A stretch of DNA of 64,000 nt from Minutocellus sp. GHC0000111 (Eukaryota), in NCBI GenBank assembly GCA_977018835.1, contig OZ361257.1, positions 3,906,001 through 3,970,000 on the forward strand, written 5' to 3'. Shown piece by piece: positions 23,297-35,193 of the stretch. The position numbers and the translations under genes were made by a program. The stretch's first letter is position 1; the number at the start of each line of letters is the position of its first letter. Below the pieces are notes generated by a model, which searched no databases, was not told the origin of the DNA, and saw nothing but the letters and a program-made list of their open reading frames with translations.

Positions 23297-24106
23297 TTAT
23301 TCCAAATAGGTACAGATGCCAACTCCATTGATAATCTGACAAGACACCTCACCGCAATCGCAACTGTCACTGCTGCTTTTGTCTTTGGGCACAGCACCAC
23401 GAAGCAGAGAGCTACCGGCGGCTTCTCCGCTGCTGGCATTCTTCTTCTCGTCCGCGCTCGGGTTGAATATAAGGGCACAGTACATTTGAGCACTACGTGC
23501 ATCAGGATCCTTGAGCGCGCACTGCGGCGTTGCTGCGACGCCGGAGGGCAGATCTGACGGGCACGCTTGGAAGGCTGTGCATTTCGGGGCGCAGATCTCG
23601 CCCTCGATGCCCCCAATCTTGAGCGGGCGCTATGAATTTCAATTGTGGAATAAACGGAGGATAATGTAGGGGGGAAGCAGTGCAAAACACCATATGTGAT
23701 GAGACCAAAGGGGATGGGACATGTATCACGTTATCACGCTTACATGTATGTGCATGCTTTGCACGAGGAAGTTCGCGTTATGGCCATGCCGGGTCGTCGC
23801 ATCATTCATCGCTCTACACATGCACCGGTGTGTAGATGCTGCCCTCGCACTTACCTCGTCTTTCATGCAACCGCCATTGGTTGTTGGGTTGCCGTAGTGG
23901 GTCCTCCTGTCCTTGTCGGTCTTGTCAGAAGCAATTGCGATCGGGGGTTCCGGGCGGCGATAGTCCACGACGCCAACAAAGATGGCCTTGCGACTTCTTC
24001 CTTTTGGAATCGTTGCGCCCCGGACAGACTCCTCGGGAACCGAAAGGAGAGCAACGGCGCTGCTGTGGACTAGGACCATGGAAATCAGGGCAGCAATAGT
24101 TTTCAT
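23297..24106 (-). CDS. Small secreted cysteine-rich protein ('THYGxP' type); intron 23630-23854
   Basis: Signal peptide MKTIAALISMVLVHSSAVA. A phase-0 GTAAGT..TAG intron gives THYGNPTTNGGCMKDE|RPLKIGGIEGEICAPKC..CPSDLPSGVAATPQCAL..YCAL..SCQIINGVGICTY (10 Cys). Not assembled in the ORF track. Confidence 0.82.
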
Positions 24107-24605
24107 GTTGGCTATGTGCATGCGTAGGACGACTGGACGACTGGATCTACTGTGCTCTAGCTACGTAGCTAGAGTATTAATACATGTAGGAGTGGCTGAT
24201 CCTTCTTTGTGCATGTGGTTGGTATTCATGTTCCGACGAAAGCGATTGTGCTGTGAATCAAGTTTCTTCTTTCTCAATGCCAATGATTTTTTCGCATTCG
24301 GGGCCTACTTAGTGTGCATCTTCTACTAGTTTCGACTCTACCCAGACATCACATGCCGAATGGTGCGGTTGGAACGTACGGTTCGTCAGCCTGTCTCGCT
24401 GCATTGCTGTTGTTCGCTCCCTTCCGGCCGTCACTTTTTTGACGTGCGGCGCGCGGCGGCTCTTCGCTGTGTGGTCTGTCCGTAGTCGCATTTTTGCAGA
24501 ACAACAGAGCCATTTTTTTGCAGAGCCCATTTTTTTGTGGGCATCTTGCGTCGGCTGTTTGCCGCTTGCCTTTGACCCAACCGAAGAGCGGGCAGAGCGG
24601 GACAC

Positions 24606-26195
24606 ATGCAACATGACGTCCCTTCTGCTGATTTGGAAGGGGCGGGATCAGGAGAGCCGTCGCTCGATGGCGAAGCCGGTCGTCCTGAGATGACCGAGAA
24701 CGCATCACGTGCCGGTACGACCCCCGACGGTGGTTCTGGACGACGACCACCACCACCCACTTCATGTAGTGCAAATACCTCCCCCGCAGATGAGGATTCT
24801 TTCCAGTTGGGCGGTTCCCTGCCAACCGCTGCCCAGCAGTCCACGAAAAGGAGACGACGAAATCGCAAGCCCCAGCCGCGATGGAAGGTCGTGACAACTT
24901 ACGTATGTCTTGCAACGCTCGCGGTCATCCTCACGGCGGCCTGTCAGGACACCGACCTTTGGTCGTCCGCCGGTAGTACTGCTACTGGTAGTAGTACCGG
25001 CACCACAGCACAAACTTCAGATGCTCCATCAGATAAAAGCGACGAAACACCACCGAAAATCTTCGACATGTCCATCTACAATCTGGACAACCTCAACACA
25101 TCCCTGTTCCTTCGCCTCGTGTCATCACTTCTCGTCGTCCTGCTTTCGCTGGCGCTGGTTCAGGGGTCGGACCCCGGATACGTCACCGCCGCCAACGTTC
25201 AGGCGGCGTTTGATATGGTCGAGGAGGACGAGGCGGGCTTGCTGGTCGGGGACAACGATGCCACGGAAGACGCGGACGAGAACGGCAGCGCCATTGAGCT
25301 TGGGGATATGAGCTCAAGCGACGCCGTTCGGAGCCGGGGGACGACTGCGAGTGCCGGTGTAACCGGCGCTAGCACTCCGGTCCAGTCACCATTGGCGGAG
25401 GAGCCAACTATACCGCAGTGCAGAGAATTGTGCAACCCTCTCCGCAGCTCCCACACTCGCCGGCAACAAATATGGTCTCATCCGTACCGACCAGAGTGCG
25501 AGCACTGTCTGCCTCCCAATCGACCTCCCAAGCGCCCACTCCGAACCCAGCACTGCCACACCTGCAAACGATGCGTCGCCACGTTCGATCACCACTGCCA
25601 CTTCATCGGAACGTGCATCGGCGAACGCAACCATGCCCGATTCTGGTGGTTCCTGACCGCCCAGGCCTACGGCTTTGCCACCTGCGTTCACATTGTCGGG
25701 GGCAGTCGGATCGGCGTCAAGATGGGCCTCAACTACCTGTTTGGCTTCAACAGCTCCGGTGTGACCGGCGGCAACACTCTCAACACCATCATTGTGGTGG
25801 TCGCCAAGATCTACCTGTACCCTCTGACATTCTTCGCCGTTCTAATGTGGTTTACCCACACCTTCTTCGGTCTGGGCAATGGTACCACGTACGAGTGCGG
25901 CAAGGGTCCACGAAGGATTGATTATCTGAGCGGGACCAAGCTGATGGACTTGCCCTTCAGCCGGGGATGCTTGGGCAACGTCCGTTCCTTCTGCTGCTAT
26001 CGCGACGCGTTGGCGAGCTGGTTGCCATTGCTGTTCAAGTACGAGGGCAATGGGACCGTGGAATTGCAAAAGAAGGGCAAGACAGGTGAGGGGGATTGGA
26101 CTCCAGTCCTCTGGAGACCGCCTGGGAAGATTGATCGCGATTCGGAAGATTGGTGGCAAAACCCCTGGGAAAATAAGTACTGGTCTTGCTGCTGA
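24606..26195 (+). CDS. DHHC palmitoyltransferase (protein S-acyltransferase)
   Basis: 'CEHC..PLRTQHCHTCKRCVATFDHHCHFIGTCIGERNH', DPG and TTYE motifs, 4 TM helices, C-terminal WSCC. Start codon uncertain. Confidence 0.93.
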   Translation: MQHDVPSADLEGAGSGEPSLDGEAGRPEMTENASRAGTTPDGGSGRRPPPPTSCSANTSPADEDSFQLGGSLPTAAQQSTKRRRRNRKPQPRWKVVTTYVCLATLAVILTAACQDTDLWSSAGSTATGSSTGTTAQTSDAPSDKSDETPPKIFDMSIYNLDNLNTSLFLRLVSSLLVVLLSLALVQGSDPGYVTAANVQAAFDMVEEDEAGLLVGDNDATEDADENGSAIELGDMSSSDAVRSRGTTASAGVTGASTPVQSPLAEEPTIPQCRELCNPLRSSHTRRQQIWSHPYRPECEHCLPPNRPPKRPLRTQHCHTCKRCVATFDHHCHFIGTCIGERNHARFWWFLTAQAYGFATCVHIVGGSRIGVKMGLNYLFGFNSSGVTGGNTLNTIIVVVAKIYLYPLTFFAVLMWFTHTFFGLGNGTTYECGKGPRRIDYLSGTKLMDLPFSRGCLGNVRSFCCYRDALASWLPLLFKYEGNGTVELQKKGKTGEGDWTPVLWRPPGKIDRDSEDWWQNPWENKYWSCC

Positions 26196-26665
26196 TATCA
26201 TTTGAGGGATGAAAAGGTAAGATTGCTCCGCATCGCTTGATTTGTTGCACGGTCTATTGCTACCGTTCGCAAGATGTATCTCCGTCCCCTTCGTTGTTCC
26301 GAAGGCATTCCCTCCCTTCACGGGGAGGTTGCAGTGCCTTTTGGACAAATCACTCTGGTTTAGGGGTTGGTCAAAATGCTTGCCATATCAATGCTCTTCA
26401 TCGCTGGCCAATATAGTTGGACGGGCACTTTGCACTTTGTATCCACGCACGCCTGTCCTGGATGGCCTCGTACATTTTATGGTTTGAAGCAGAATCTGCC
26501 CAAGTAGTTTCGCTAATATATTTTCATTTTCTTTTGCTGCAAATTGTTTTGTAGGGCCTGCAACTATCTTACACTGAAAGAGAGAAGAAGCTTAATCGCT
26601 TTACAGTAATGTTGGAATTATTGAACAGGAATCGTAATGATCATCTTTGCGACTGAACATTAATT

Positions 26666-28354
26666 TTACGTAGCTAAATTGCTACTTGTAGAAACAAAAC
26701 AAATGAAATATGAGGTGTTTGTTAGTTGCGAAAAACCTCGAAAAAGCCGATACTCCATGTTGGTTCCCCCCACCTTCACAAACTTATCATACTCCTTCTT
26801 TTGGTTCCGAACCCATTGGTAAAGTGACCTTTCCGTGTGTGGGACAGGAACAACGCCATTATCATCGTAGAAATCTCTTAGCTCGCCCAACCGAATCTTC
26901 CATTGGTATGTGTTCTTCGATCTCCACTCAAACCCGATACCGTCGAGCCTTTCGATTCTTTCTTCTGTGATCTGTGTGTGCTTTCCTTCCTTGTATTTTT
27001 TATATTGTTGCCGCTGTACTGATACCCAACGGGAAAATTCTTGATCTTCCCAAGATGACGGAACGTCTGTGTGTCCATGAGCTGCCTTGAATTCAACAAG
27101 CTCGGCAAACTTTTCTTCCCAGGCAGCCTCGAACACGCTCCAGACAAAACCAATTTGGTTCAGCTTTTCAATCCGTTCGTCCGTGAGTTGCGAGTGCTTC
27201 CATTCTTGGTGCAGCCGATATTCTCTTCGCTGCGTGTGTACCCACTGTGCAAGGTAACGATATTTGTTGGCACTGTCCACACGTTCATCCGTCGGCACAA
27301 GAGTATCTCCATGCTGCTCTATGTAGGCGACCAATTCATCGTAACATTCATCCCACTCAGGCCGACGGCGGAGTCTCCACTCGAAACCAATTTCGTTCAG
27401 AGCCTCAATTCTTTCTGTCGTAATTCCAGGGCTTTGGTTCCAGTTTTCATCGAAAAATCTGTGGTAACAAGCTCGCTGATTCATGACCCATTTTGCCAGC
27501 TGGACATTGGCTTGGTAGGAGATGGGGACGTTGCAATCACCGTGTATTTGTTTGTACTCTTTAAGCTCTGCAAGAACCTCCTGCCATCTGTCATCGCCTC
27601 GGTTCCAAGCAGTCCTGGTCCATTCGAATCCCATACTCTCCAGGGCTTCGATCCGCTCGGAGCTCAAATTGTTCTTCTTATAGAAACCTCGCTGATTCAT
27701 TACCCAATCGCCTAGCTGAGGGTTGGCATCGAACTTGCGTGAAACATTGCAATCGCCGTGCTTATTTTTGTATTCCTCGAGCTCTCCCAAACGCTTCCAC
27801 CACGTGTCATCGTCTGGCGTTGCTCCTTTCGGCCTTGTCCATTCAAATCCTATACTCTCCAACATCTCAACCCGCTCGGAGCTCAAATTGTTTTTCTTAT
27901 AACTCTGACGCTGGCCCATTGCCCAGGCGCCGAGCTGAGGATTATCTTTGTAGGATTGCGGCACATTGCAGTCACCAACCTTTTGCTTGTATTCCTCGAG
28001 CTCTTTAAATCGCGTCCACCATTTCTGGTCGCGCATGGTCAATACCCTCCCCGACGCCTCCAACTCGTCAAGAAACTTTTGCGCGTAGGACGAAGATATC
28101 ACGGTCGACTCATCAGGCGCCGCAGTTGCCAACAGAAGTAATGTGCCCACTGTGATCGATGCCGGTCTTTTGATGCCTGCATCAATGCACGTGTGTTCTC
28201 CGAACGGTGGTGGCCAACAACTCGGTGCGGTTGCTGGTGTCGGCACAAAGGCCGAGCATTCGCGGCAAACCAGCACAAGAACTGATAGTACAAATGGGAG
28301 GGGACTGCGGACGAGTCGTCTGCGTGTCAGCATGGAGTTGTGTGAGTCGAGCAT
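26666..28354 (-). CDS. Helicase-associated (HA) domain repeat protein, probably plastid-targeted
   Basis: About 7 repeats of W....EL..YK..HGDC.VP....LG.WV..QR....L..ERI..LE.IGF.W. N-terminal signal ending 'CSA-FVP'. Last repeat appears damaged. Confidence 0.88.
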   Translation of the reverse strand: MLDSHNSMLTRRRLVRSPLPFVLSVLVLVCRECSAFVPTPATAPSCWPPPFGEHTCIDAGIKRPASITVGTLLLLATAAPDESTVISSSYAQKFLDELEASGRVLTMRDQKWWTRFKELEEYKQKVGDCNVPQSYKDNPQLGAWAMGQRQSYKKNNLSSERVEMLESIGFEWTRPKGATPDDDTWWKRLGELEEYKNKHGDCNVSRKFDANPQLGDWVMNQRGFYKKNNLSSERIEALESMGFEWTRTAWNRGDDRWQEVLAELKEYKQIHGDCNVPISYQANVQLAKWVMNQRACYHRFFDENWNQSPGITTERIEALNEIGFEWRLRRRPEWDECYDELVAYIEQHGDTLVPTDERVDSANKYRYLAQWVHTQRREYRLHQEWKHSQLTDERIEKLNQIGFVWSVFEAAWEEKFAELVEFKAAHGHTDVPSSWEDQEFSRWVSVQRQQYKKYKEGKHTQITEERIERLDGIGFEWRSKNTYQWKIRLGELRDFYDDNGVVPVPHTERSLYQWVRNQKKEYDKFVKVGGTNMEYRLFRGFSQLTNTSYFICFVSTSSNLAT

Positions 28355-28603
28355 CGTTGCGTGGGTCTGTATCTCTCCTTTGCTGGACCGTTCCTCCCAC
28401 TCATCATCTGATCATCTGTCATCGGCAGTGCACTAACTCGCGCCGCGCGTCGGCCGGTACCTAGGTACGCGGTCAGACCGCTCGGCGAATTGGAAGTGCC
28501 ATTTTCAGCATCAAACCGCCCTTTGGGTTCCATATCGAATCTTCTCCGAATTCTCGGCACTACAGCCGCCCTTGCTCCCCCCACACTGCCTCATCGCCAC
28601 ATT

Positions 28604-29633
28604 ATGAGCTCCAACGGGGGCGTCGACACTGTGAGCGAGCTCCGTCCAGGCGGCGCCGAATTGTCCAGCCGCATCCATCAGATTGACATATCGGCCATTC
28701 CGAGGGGACCGGCCGGACCGCCCTCAGAGGCCAGCACCATCTCCACCGCGCTGGCGTCGGAGGTTGGGTCCGTCGTCCACGATCCCAAGGATGCGTTTCT
28801 GCGGTCGGTGACTTTTTTCCGACCCAAGCGCCGGACGAATCGTAGTTCCGATATCAACGACGATGATGGAGAGGGAACGCACACCAGCGGAAGCCGTACC
28901 GGAACCGGCACGGCGTGCAGCGTCGACTGGACCCTGACTTTGCGCGATCCTCCTGCAAATAATGGCCGCGGCGGTCGCAGCGGCAGTGGTCGGCGCAGCC
29001 TCAGCCGCGCCCCGTCCTTCGGCCGCTCCCAGCCCAAGCTCCTCATCGACGACGTTGGCGGCGTCGTCACCCTGTCCAGCATCAAGTCCGGCGACGAGCT
29101 CAAGTCCATCAACGGCAAGAAGATCGGTCCGTCGTACAATGCCGACCGGGCCATGATATACATGGACCAGTGTTGGGAGCAGGACGGGTATCTGAGCGTG
29201 GCGGTCGGCAATGATGAGGGAGATGACATCCTCGTCCAAGTAACCGTCGTCAAACCGAGGCCAAATTTCACGTACGAGGACATGGGCATGATCGTTTGGA
29301 AGTGGGGCGTGTTGTGCATCAAGGAGATCTCCAAGGACAGCGTAAGTATGAAATTGTGTCATAACTGCAAATGGATGTTACCAAGCGAATCGTATCACTC
29401 ATTTTCTCTGCCTTGCACGTGCATTCTTTGATGTATTTTATTCCCGAACTGAACACAAACAGATCTTCAAGAACACGGTGCTCAAGGAAGCCGATCACAT
29501 CATCAGCGTCAACGATATTGTTTGCGATAAGATGAAGCCGGATGATTTCGCGCACGTGGTCAATGAGCTGCCGAAGGAGATTCACATTTTGGTTCGACGT
29601 GGCAAGCAGCGGTGGAGCGGAAAGTTTGGTTGA
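28604..29633 (+). CDS. Protein with two PDZ-like domains; intron 29342-29462
   Basis: 'IKSGDELKSINGK' and 'IKEISKDS|IFKNTVLKEADHIISVND'. A phase-0 GTAAGT..CAG intron leads to TGA at 29631. Confidence 0.75.
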
Positions 29634-30108
29634 GCTGAGTGGAGGTTGAAGGACAATTTTGTTTTTTTTACGGTAACATGTTCAAATGTCCCTAGTCTCT
29701 TCTATTTTTTTTGCTCGGTGTTTTACAAGAATATCATTAACCTTAAAAGAGCCTATTATATCACCGATGCAAGGGAAAACTAGGAAATGTGAGCTACTTC
29801 TTCGAGATAGTACTAGAAATGCGCTGCCCCATCTGTTATTTCGGAACGCCGATACATCGTCATTGCATTAATCCCCATGCCGAGTCAAGTGCTGACTGAC
29901 TCATTCCAGTGCGCATCCTGGCACATTAGATTCCATGTTGCAAGACCTTCAATTTCTGCGATCGGGGTATGTTGTAGTGCGTCTCTAGCCACGTAGATAG
30001 ATATTCGTCTTGCCACGAGGTCGTAAGAAAAAATCATTTGTACATTTGTATACAATTCCGACGCCACAGTGTGAATTGTTACATCAGAGGAAACCAGTCG
30101 AGTAGTTC

Positions 30109-30915
30109 TCATTGCAACGTCCGCAAGAGACCACCAACCTTTTGGAAGAGGTCGTACTGGATCGATTTTTGCCAGGGGTTGGCCTCGGGAAAGGGAAGGG
30201 GCCGGCCCAACGCGTAGAGAATTCCGTACAGTCCGCCAAGACCTCCGGTATTTCCGACCGTTCGGTCGACGACGTATCCAATGGTGTACTTGGTAATCAG
30301 TCCGGTGGCATGATCGATCGTAATGCTGCAGACCTGGGGTGGATTCGTAACCGTCCTTCCGGTTCCAGAGGCCTCGGGAACAAAGGGGAGGAGCGGCCCG
30401 GTGTTCTTTCCCCTTCCCCGCGCCGTGTACCAGACACGGTCGCCCTCAAAGGGATCGACGTGGAAACCGTAAAACTCGCTCTGAAAGTCAGGAAAGGCGG
30501 TGGAAAAGTCGACGCTTCCAATGGCCTCGACGAACTCCTCTTTTCCCAGTGGGCCCACCACGGGTCCCTCGAAGGTGAAGGAGGGAGATAGGAACGCCGG
30601 GTCTCCGCCGAGGCCACCCTTGGAGGCCAGGAATCGCTTCGCAATGAGAATCATTTCGTCTGGTGATAGAGCCGATTCCGGACGCCTGCGCAGTCGTTCG
30701 GCCTCATCAATGAACATGGGAAGGGAGAGAATTGCGTCATCATCGGTCTCCTCTGCTGTGGCGGCAACTTGTTCGGCAATTATTGATTCTTCGGTTGCGT
30801 GAAGATGGCTTGCAACTTCCCGAAGCAAGAGATGGGACTTTGGCGAAGCGAAAGCGTCGCAAGGCTGAGAAAAGGCGGCGGCGACAAGAAAGAGAACCCA
30901 AAGAGTATTCATCAT
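30109..30915 (-). CDS. SnoaL/NTF2-like fold protein, probably plastid-targeted
   Basis: Signal + 'DA-FAS'; 'FTFEGPVVGPLGKEEF..AFPDF..FHVDPFE.DRVW..GYVVDRTVGNTGGLGG'. Confidence 0.75.
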   Translation of the reverse strand: MMNTLWVLFLVAAAFSQPCDAFASPKSHLLLREVASHLHATEESIIAEQVAATAEETDDDAILSLPMFIDEAERLRRRPESALSPDEMILIAKRFLASKGGLGGDPAFLSPSFTFEGPVVGPLGKEEFVEAIGSVDFSTAFPDFQSEFYGFHVDPFEGDRVWYTARGRGKNTGPLLPFVPEASGTGRTVTNPPQVCSITIDHATGLITKYTIGYVVDRTVGNTGGLGGLYGILYALGRPLPFPEANPWQKSIQYDLFQKVGGLLRTLQ

Positions 30916-31314
30916 GGTTGGTCTTCTTTGGTGTACCGGTATTAGGAATTGCTCTTACTTTGACCTTGCTCGATGCTCTCAGCATCTTCGCCGCAAATTC
31001 TCTTCGCCGCTTCGCTTCTTCGATGCGCTGGTATGGTCTGTCTGTTTGTCCGGGAAGTGATGGCCGGCTTGCTCGCGGGCTCTGACCTCTGACCTCTCGA
31101 ATTCAAATTTCCCTGCCATCCAGGTCTGCCAGCCACACAAAGGAAGGCAAGGAAGGCCTTCCACCGCCTTCGAGGAACGCCCAGAGCCGGCTCTGCAACG
31201 ATGACCGTTGTTGCCCAGCAAGGCACGGCCGGGCACCTGTCCGCATTGGTGTGTGTTTTGCGCTTTTACCAAAGCCAGCACATGATGGCATGACATGATG
31301 CGACATGAACCAAC

Positions 31315-31985
31315 ATGACGGTGTTTCTCACGGAGGGAGCGATACGGAGGATTGTAGACGCATCGTCCTGCACCACCGACAAGGATGAACTCGAAAGGAT
31401 GCGCACTTATTACCCGGCGTTACAGATTATTGCTTCATGCCATCCCGAAACTTTGCGCAAACGACCTGACAATGCTCTGCTCTCTGACGGGACTCACAGC
31501 ATCATGTCCTCATTTCAGAGCACCGCCCTCCAGCAGAGCGATGACGTACAGACTGGAACGATTGTTCAGCTATTCGACTACGAGCTCAGTCAAAATACGA
31601 CACAAGATGGCCGCCGGCTCGTCGTTTATGAGGCATGTGTTCGGTGTAGCGCCAGACCAGTGATTGGCGATCCTGCCCCCATTGGTGGAAACATCTTTGG
31701 TCTCCAATCCTCCGATAGCCAAGACGACGATGTTGCTGACAATGACGACAACATCGAAGATGATCAAGCGCTGATGGTAGCTCCAGGCACCAGCAGAAGC
31801 GTCATGGTCTCTCCCGCAAGAAGCTCAAATTCATGCCGCACATCTGCCATCAATGCTGCGGCCAGGGAATTTCTCTGCCCGACATCCTTCTCACTTCCCA
31901 TTGATGCCGTCGTGGCAGAAGATGGCCGGGTCTACAATCGGGCTGACATCCAACAGCACATAGATACGGTACAGAGCAGCCAGAA
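31315..31985 (+). pseudogene. Truncated RPA1 N-terminal-like OB fold + partial U-box gene
   Basis: 'LTEGAIRRI..PALQII..LLSDGTH..GTIVQL.DY..LVV..VIGDP' resembles Rep-A_N. 'AREFLCPTSFSLPIDAVVAEDGRVYNRADIQQH' is the first two-thirds of a U-box; the SPMTN part is missing. Confidence 0.6.
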
Positions 31986-33120
31986 CAAAAGCAGAAGCCA
32001 TCGACGAGGAAAGAAGAAGAAGTCGGAGCAGAAGAGGGGCCCAAAGCCTGGCACGAAAATGCTCACCGGAACCAAGAGGCCCACCAACCCCGAGGATCAG
32101 TGCTCAGTTCGACTTGTCGCATTTGTTGACAGGGAAGTTGATCGACACTGCCTCAAAGCCGGCGTCGGCTGTAGCTGTCACTGCAAGCACCCGAAGCTGA
32201 CTCTACAAGAGACAGTCGCCCTTTCTCGCACTGCTCCTGAAGACGTCCAAAAGACCCAGCATCAGCTCGGCAACGTCCAAGGCCCTGTCCCTGTGGCTCA
32301 GCGTCTAGCTACCGAACAAACCGGTTTGCAGCACGGCCGGAGTGCCATCGTGGCATGGCGCAAGAAGGAAAAGAGCCATTTGAGCGATGACCAGTTTGGC
32401 AAAGAAGTGGCCAGTTGCCGAGTCTTCTGACAAGCAGAACAAGAAGAGAGCCGTTACCACCAACGCCAAGCGATCGCGCGAGGCAGCTCAATTGGGGGCC
32501 ACGTCTCTTTGGGCCACCGGCATCAACCACGTTGCGACCGAAGCTGCTCGGATCTTCTTCGGTCGTTGGGAGAGCCGGACAGCATGCGCCAACGTCCGAA
32601 TCGACAAGGACACGTGGCTGGTGATGTGCCCAAATCCGAAGAAAAAATCCAACAACAAGGTGCCACAATTCCATCGATGCCGAACCGTCAGGCGAGTTGA
32701 TGGTAGTCACCTCCAGTGTGACTGCAACTTCATGGTGAACTTTGGGATCGCCTGTCCCCACATCCTCAACGTTACCAACGAGGTGCACGAAAGCTGCTGG
32801 AAAATCCAGTGATGGATTGAACACAACTTTCACTACCGTCGAGAGGGAACCAGCGACGAGGCCAACAAGCTCTGGGAGGAGCTAGCATTCGAGAAGCCGA
32901 TGTATCCGGGGGTGTGTTATGAGTGCGCCGAGCCAAGCCAGCATCCCGTCCTGTCCAACCCTGCCGTTCCCCTCGAGAAATTCCTTGCAGTCAAGAGTTA
33001 TCCTACGCCGGTCGTCCTTAACTATAGCCAGGAGATGATTGACACTGCCCTCGCCCGTATTGCTGCAAAGGCACCGCCTACTGGCTCAGTTCGACTGGCA
33101 CCGCCGCCCACTGGATGCTG
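31986..33120 (+). mobile_element. Decayed SWIM-finger (Mutator/MULE-like) transposase remnant
   Basis: SWIM pattern 'RRVDGSHLQCDCNFMVNFGIACPHIL' (CxCx9CxH) near 32690-32768; frameshifts and in-frame TGA at 32810. No DDE core or TIR identified; boundaries approximate. Confidence 0.55.
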
Positions 33121-33123
33121 ATG

Positions 33124-33449
33124 CTGGTGCTGGTACTGACCACTGCCGGTTGGTGCGATGGGAGCATCGGCTTCCCCACGAATGCATCACCGTGATGATC
33201 TCTCATCATGGCGGCAAACGTTTTCGATCGGGTCAGCCGAGCGTAGTGCATCACCCCAACCATCGCCGCCGCCGCCACTTCCGACTGGTGCTGGTGCTGA
33301 CCACTGCCGGTTGGTGCGATGGGAGCATCGGCTTCCCCACGAATGCATCACCGTGATGATCTCTCATCATGGCGGCAAACGTTTTCGATCGGGTCAGCCG
33401 AGCGCAGCACATCGCCCCAACCATCGCCGCCGCCGCCGCCACTTCCGAC
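33124..33449. repeat. Tandem duplication, 2 x 161 bp
   Basis: CTGGTGCTGGT(A/G)CTGACCACTGCCGG..CACTTCCGAC starts at 33124 and 33285; the copies are nearly identical. Confidence 0.93.
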
Positions 33450-34866
33450 CGGCCAGGTGCCGATGCTGATGCCGCCGTCCACCACCGACAGACAGCCCCC
33501 GAGACGAAACGCCTGCCTGTGAATGCGCCGCGTGTTGATTGAACGACATGCGGGCATCCCTCAATGGCCGCAGTCCCGAATATGGCACTAGCAAGCTGTC
33601 TGCGTCGGCTCGGGCCGCCGCCATCACCACCGCCACCAAAGCCGATCCGCCGCTACCCAACAGTCCACCACCAACGCCGCTGCCGCCGCGCTGACATCTC
33701 GACCGGAACCCCCACCGACTGAATGCAATGTGTGAGAAACATGTGATATACATATATACACATATATGTACAAACAAACATACATGCATGTAAAAACAAG
33801 CACGAGACAATCACATCACAAGTACACGCAAACGACTTACGTTGATTGTTCAAGTGAGTGATTGCTGCCATCACCGCCACCACCGATCAACCTGATGCTA
33901 CCACTTCCACCGCCGCCACACCACCACTACCACCGCCGATTGACTTCTCTTGCGGTTGAGCGCTCTCTTCCGATAGCCCGAAGGCCCCAATAAAGTACGA
34001 AGCATGAATGCGGAAACCCAGACCCTCAACACAGGTCTTGCGGTGCGCCGCACGTGGCCTATTCAGGCACAAGGCAGCATCAAATTCTATACCCATGCTC
34101 CCACCGAAAGAGACACAAAAGAAATACCAACGCCACCGCCGCTGATACTCGTCACCACCATCACCGCCGCTTCGAACACCACTTCCACCACCGCCGATCG
34201 TCGCAGCCCCCGCACCGAACATCGACCACTCGAATGCTAATGAAATCGGCCAATATGGCGCGATGACACGGAAGGCCTTCATGGCAGCATGTCCGCGTCT
34301 GAATCTTCGCAACGAGCGCGCCGATGCCGATGCCGCTGCCGTCGCGCCGCCGCCGGCTTGATTGTTGTGTAAGGGAATGAAAAATAATAATACCTCTCGG
34401 GGACGAGAAGGCATAAGACATGCCGCGCCAAGAACGGCGCACAGCCAGCCATCGCTCGCAGATGAAGAACGGCGGAGCCGATGCGTGAACCGGCGCGCCC
34501 GGACGGGCAGGGCGGCCATAAGCTTGGTCGTAATTCGACAAGGAAGGTGTCACGCCGCAGCCGCCGCTGCGTGTTGGAGGGAGAAAAACGGAGGGAGAAA
34601 AACGCATGCGCACGCGCATCGCAGGAAGAGAGAGAGCAAAGATTTTTTCGCGAAGTCTTTTGCGCGTGATTTTACGCTGTAGGCCTCATTCTCTGAAGAG
34701 CCTGAAAGAGCCAGTTCAATGGTTCGAATTGACAGCATCCGGAAAAAGTCATCGATGCCAATTTCTGCCTGCTGTGAAATTTCCAGGATACTAAGCAATC
34801 TTGTGGCTGCTGGCTGCACACCTCCGCGAAAATCTTGAGCGTACGTAGCGAAAAGTATATGTGCAA

Positions 34867-35023
34867 TGACGCTTCCTTCTTTTCGCGCCTGAACACGCAG
34901 TCGCGGCCTCGATTTCTGTGCGGCGTGACACTCTTCGGCTGTTGTGACGTTACACATTAGCCCCTTATAATAGCCCTCGGCGTGGACAGAAACCTGTCAT
35001 GACGCAAAGCATCTGAAACGTCA
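34867..35023. promoter_or_regulatory. Cluster of four TGACG(T/C) bZIP-type sites upstream of the STEAP-like gene
   Basis: TGACGC at 34867, TGACGT at 34945, TGACGC at 35000, ACGTCA at 35018. Confidence 0.45.
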
Positions 35024-35193
35024 CACCATGCACAGTATCTGGCAGTCAACGTGGCGCAAAACTGCATGGCGCAAGCAAAATGCCGTCGTGCTCGGCGAAG
35101 TAAAAGATATCTTACCACTTACTTTCTTGTTCCACGCTCCTCCACACAAGAGATCCACCACTGTATTACCAACGAACACCTCCTACGCATACC

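Noticed and set aside
33450..34860. Genes or element termini in the CCG/CCA-rich region
   Set aside because: Low-complexity ORFs only; no TIR or TSD matching the SWIM remnant found by eye.
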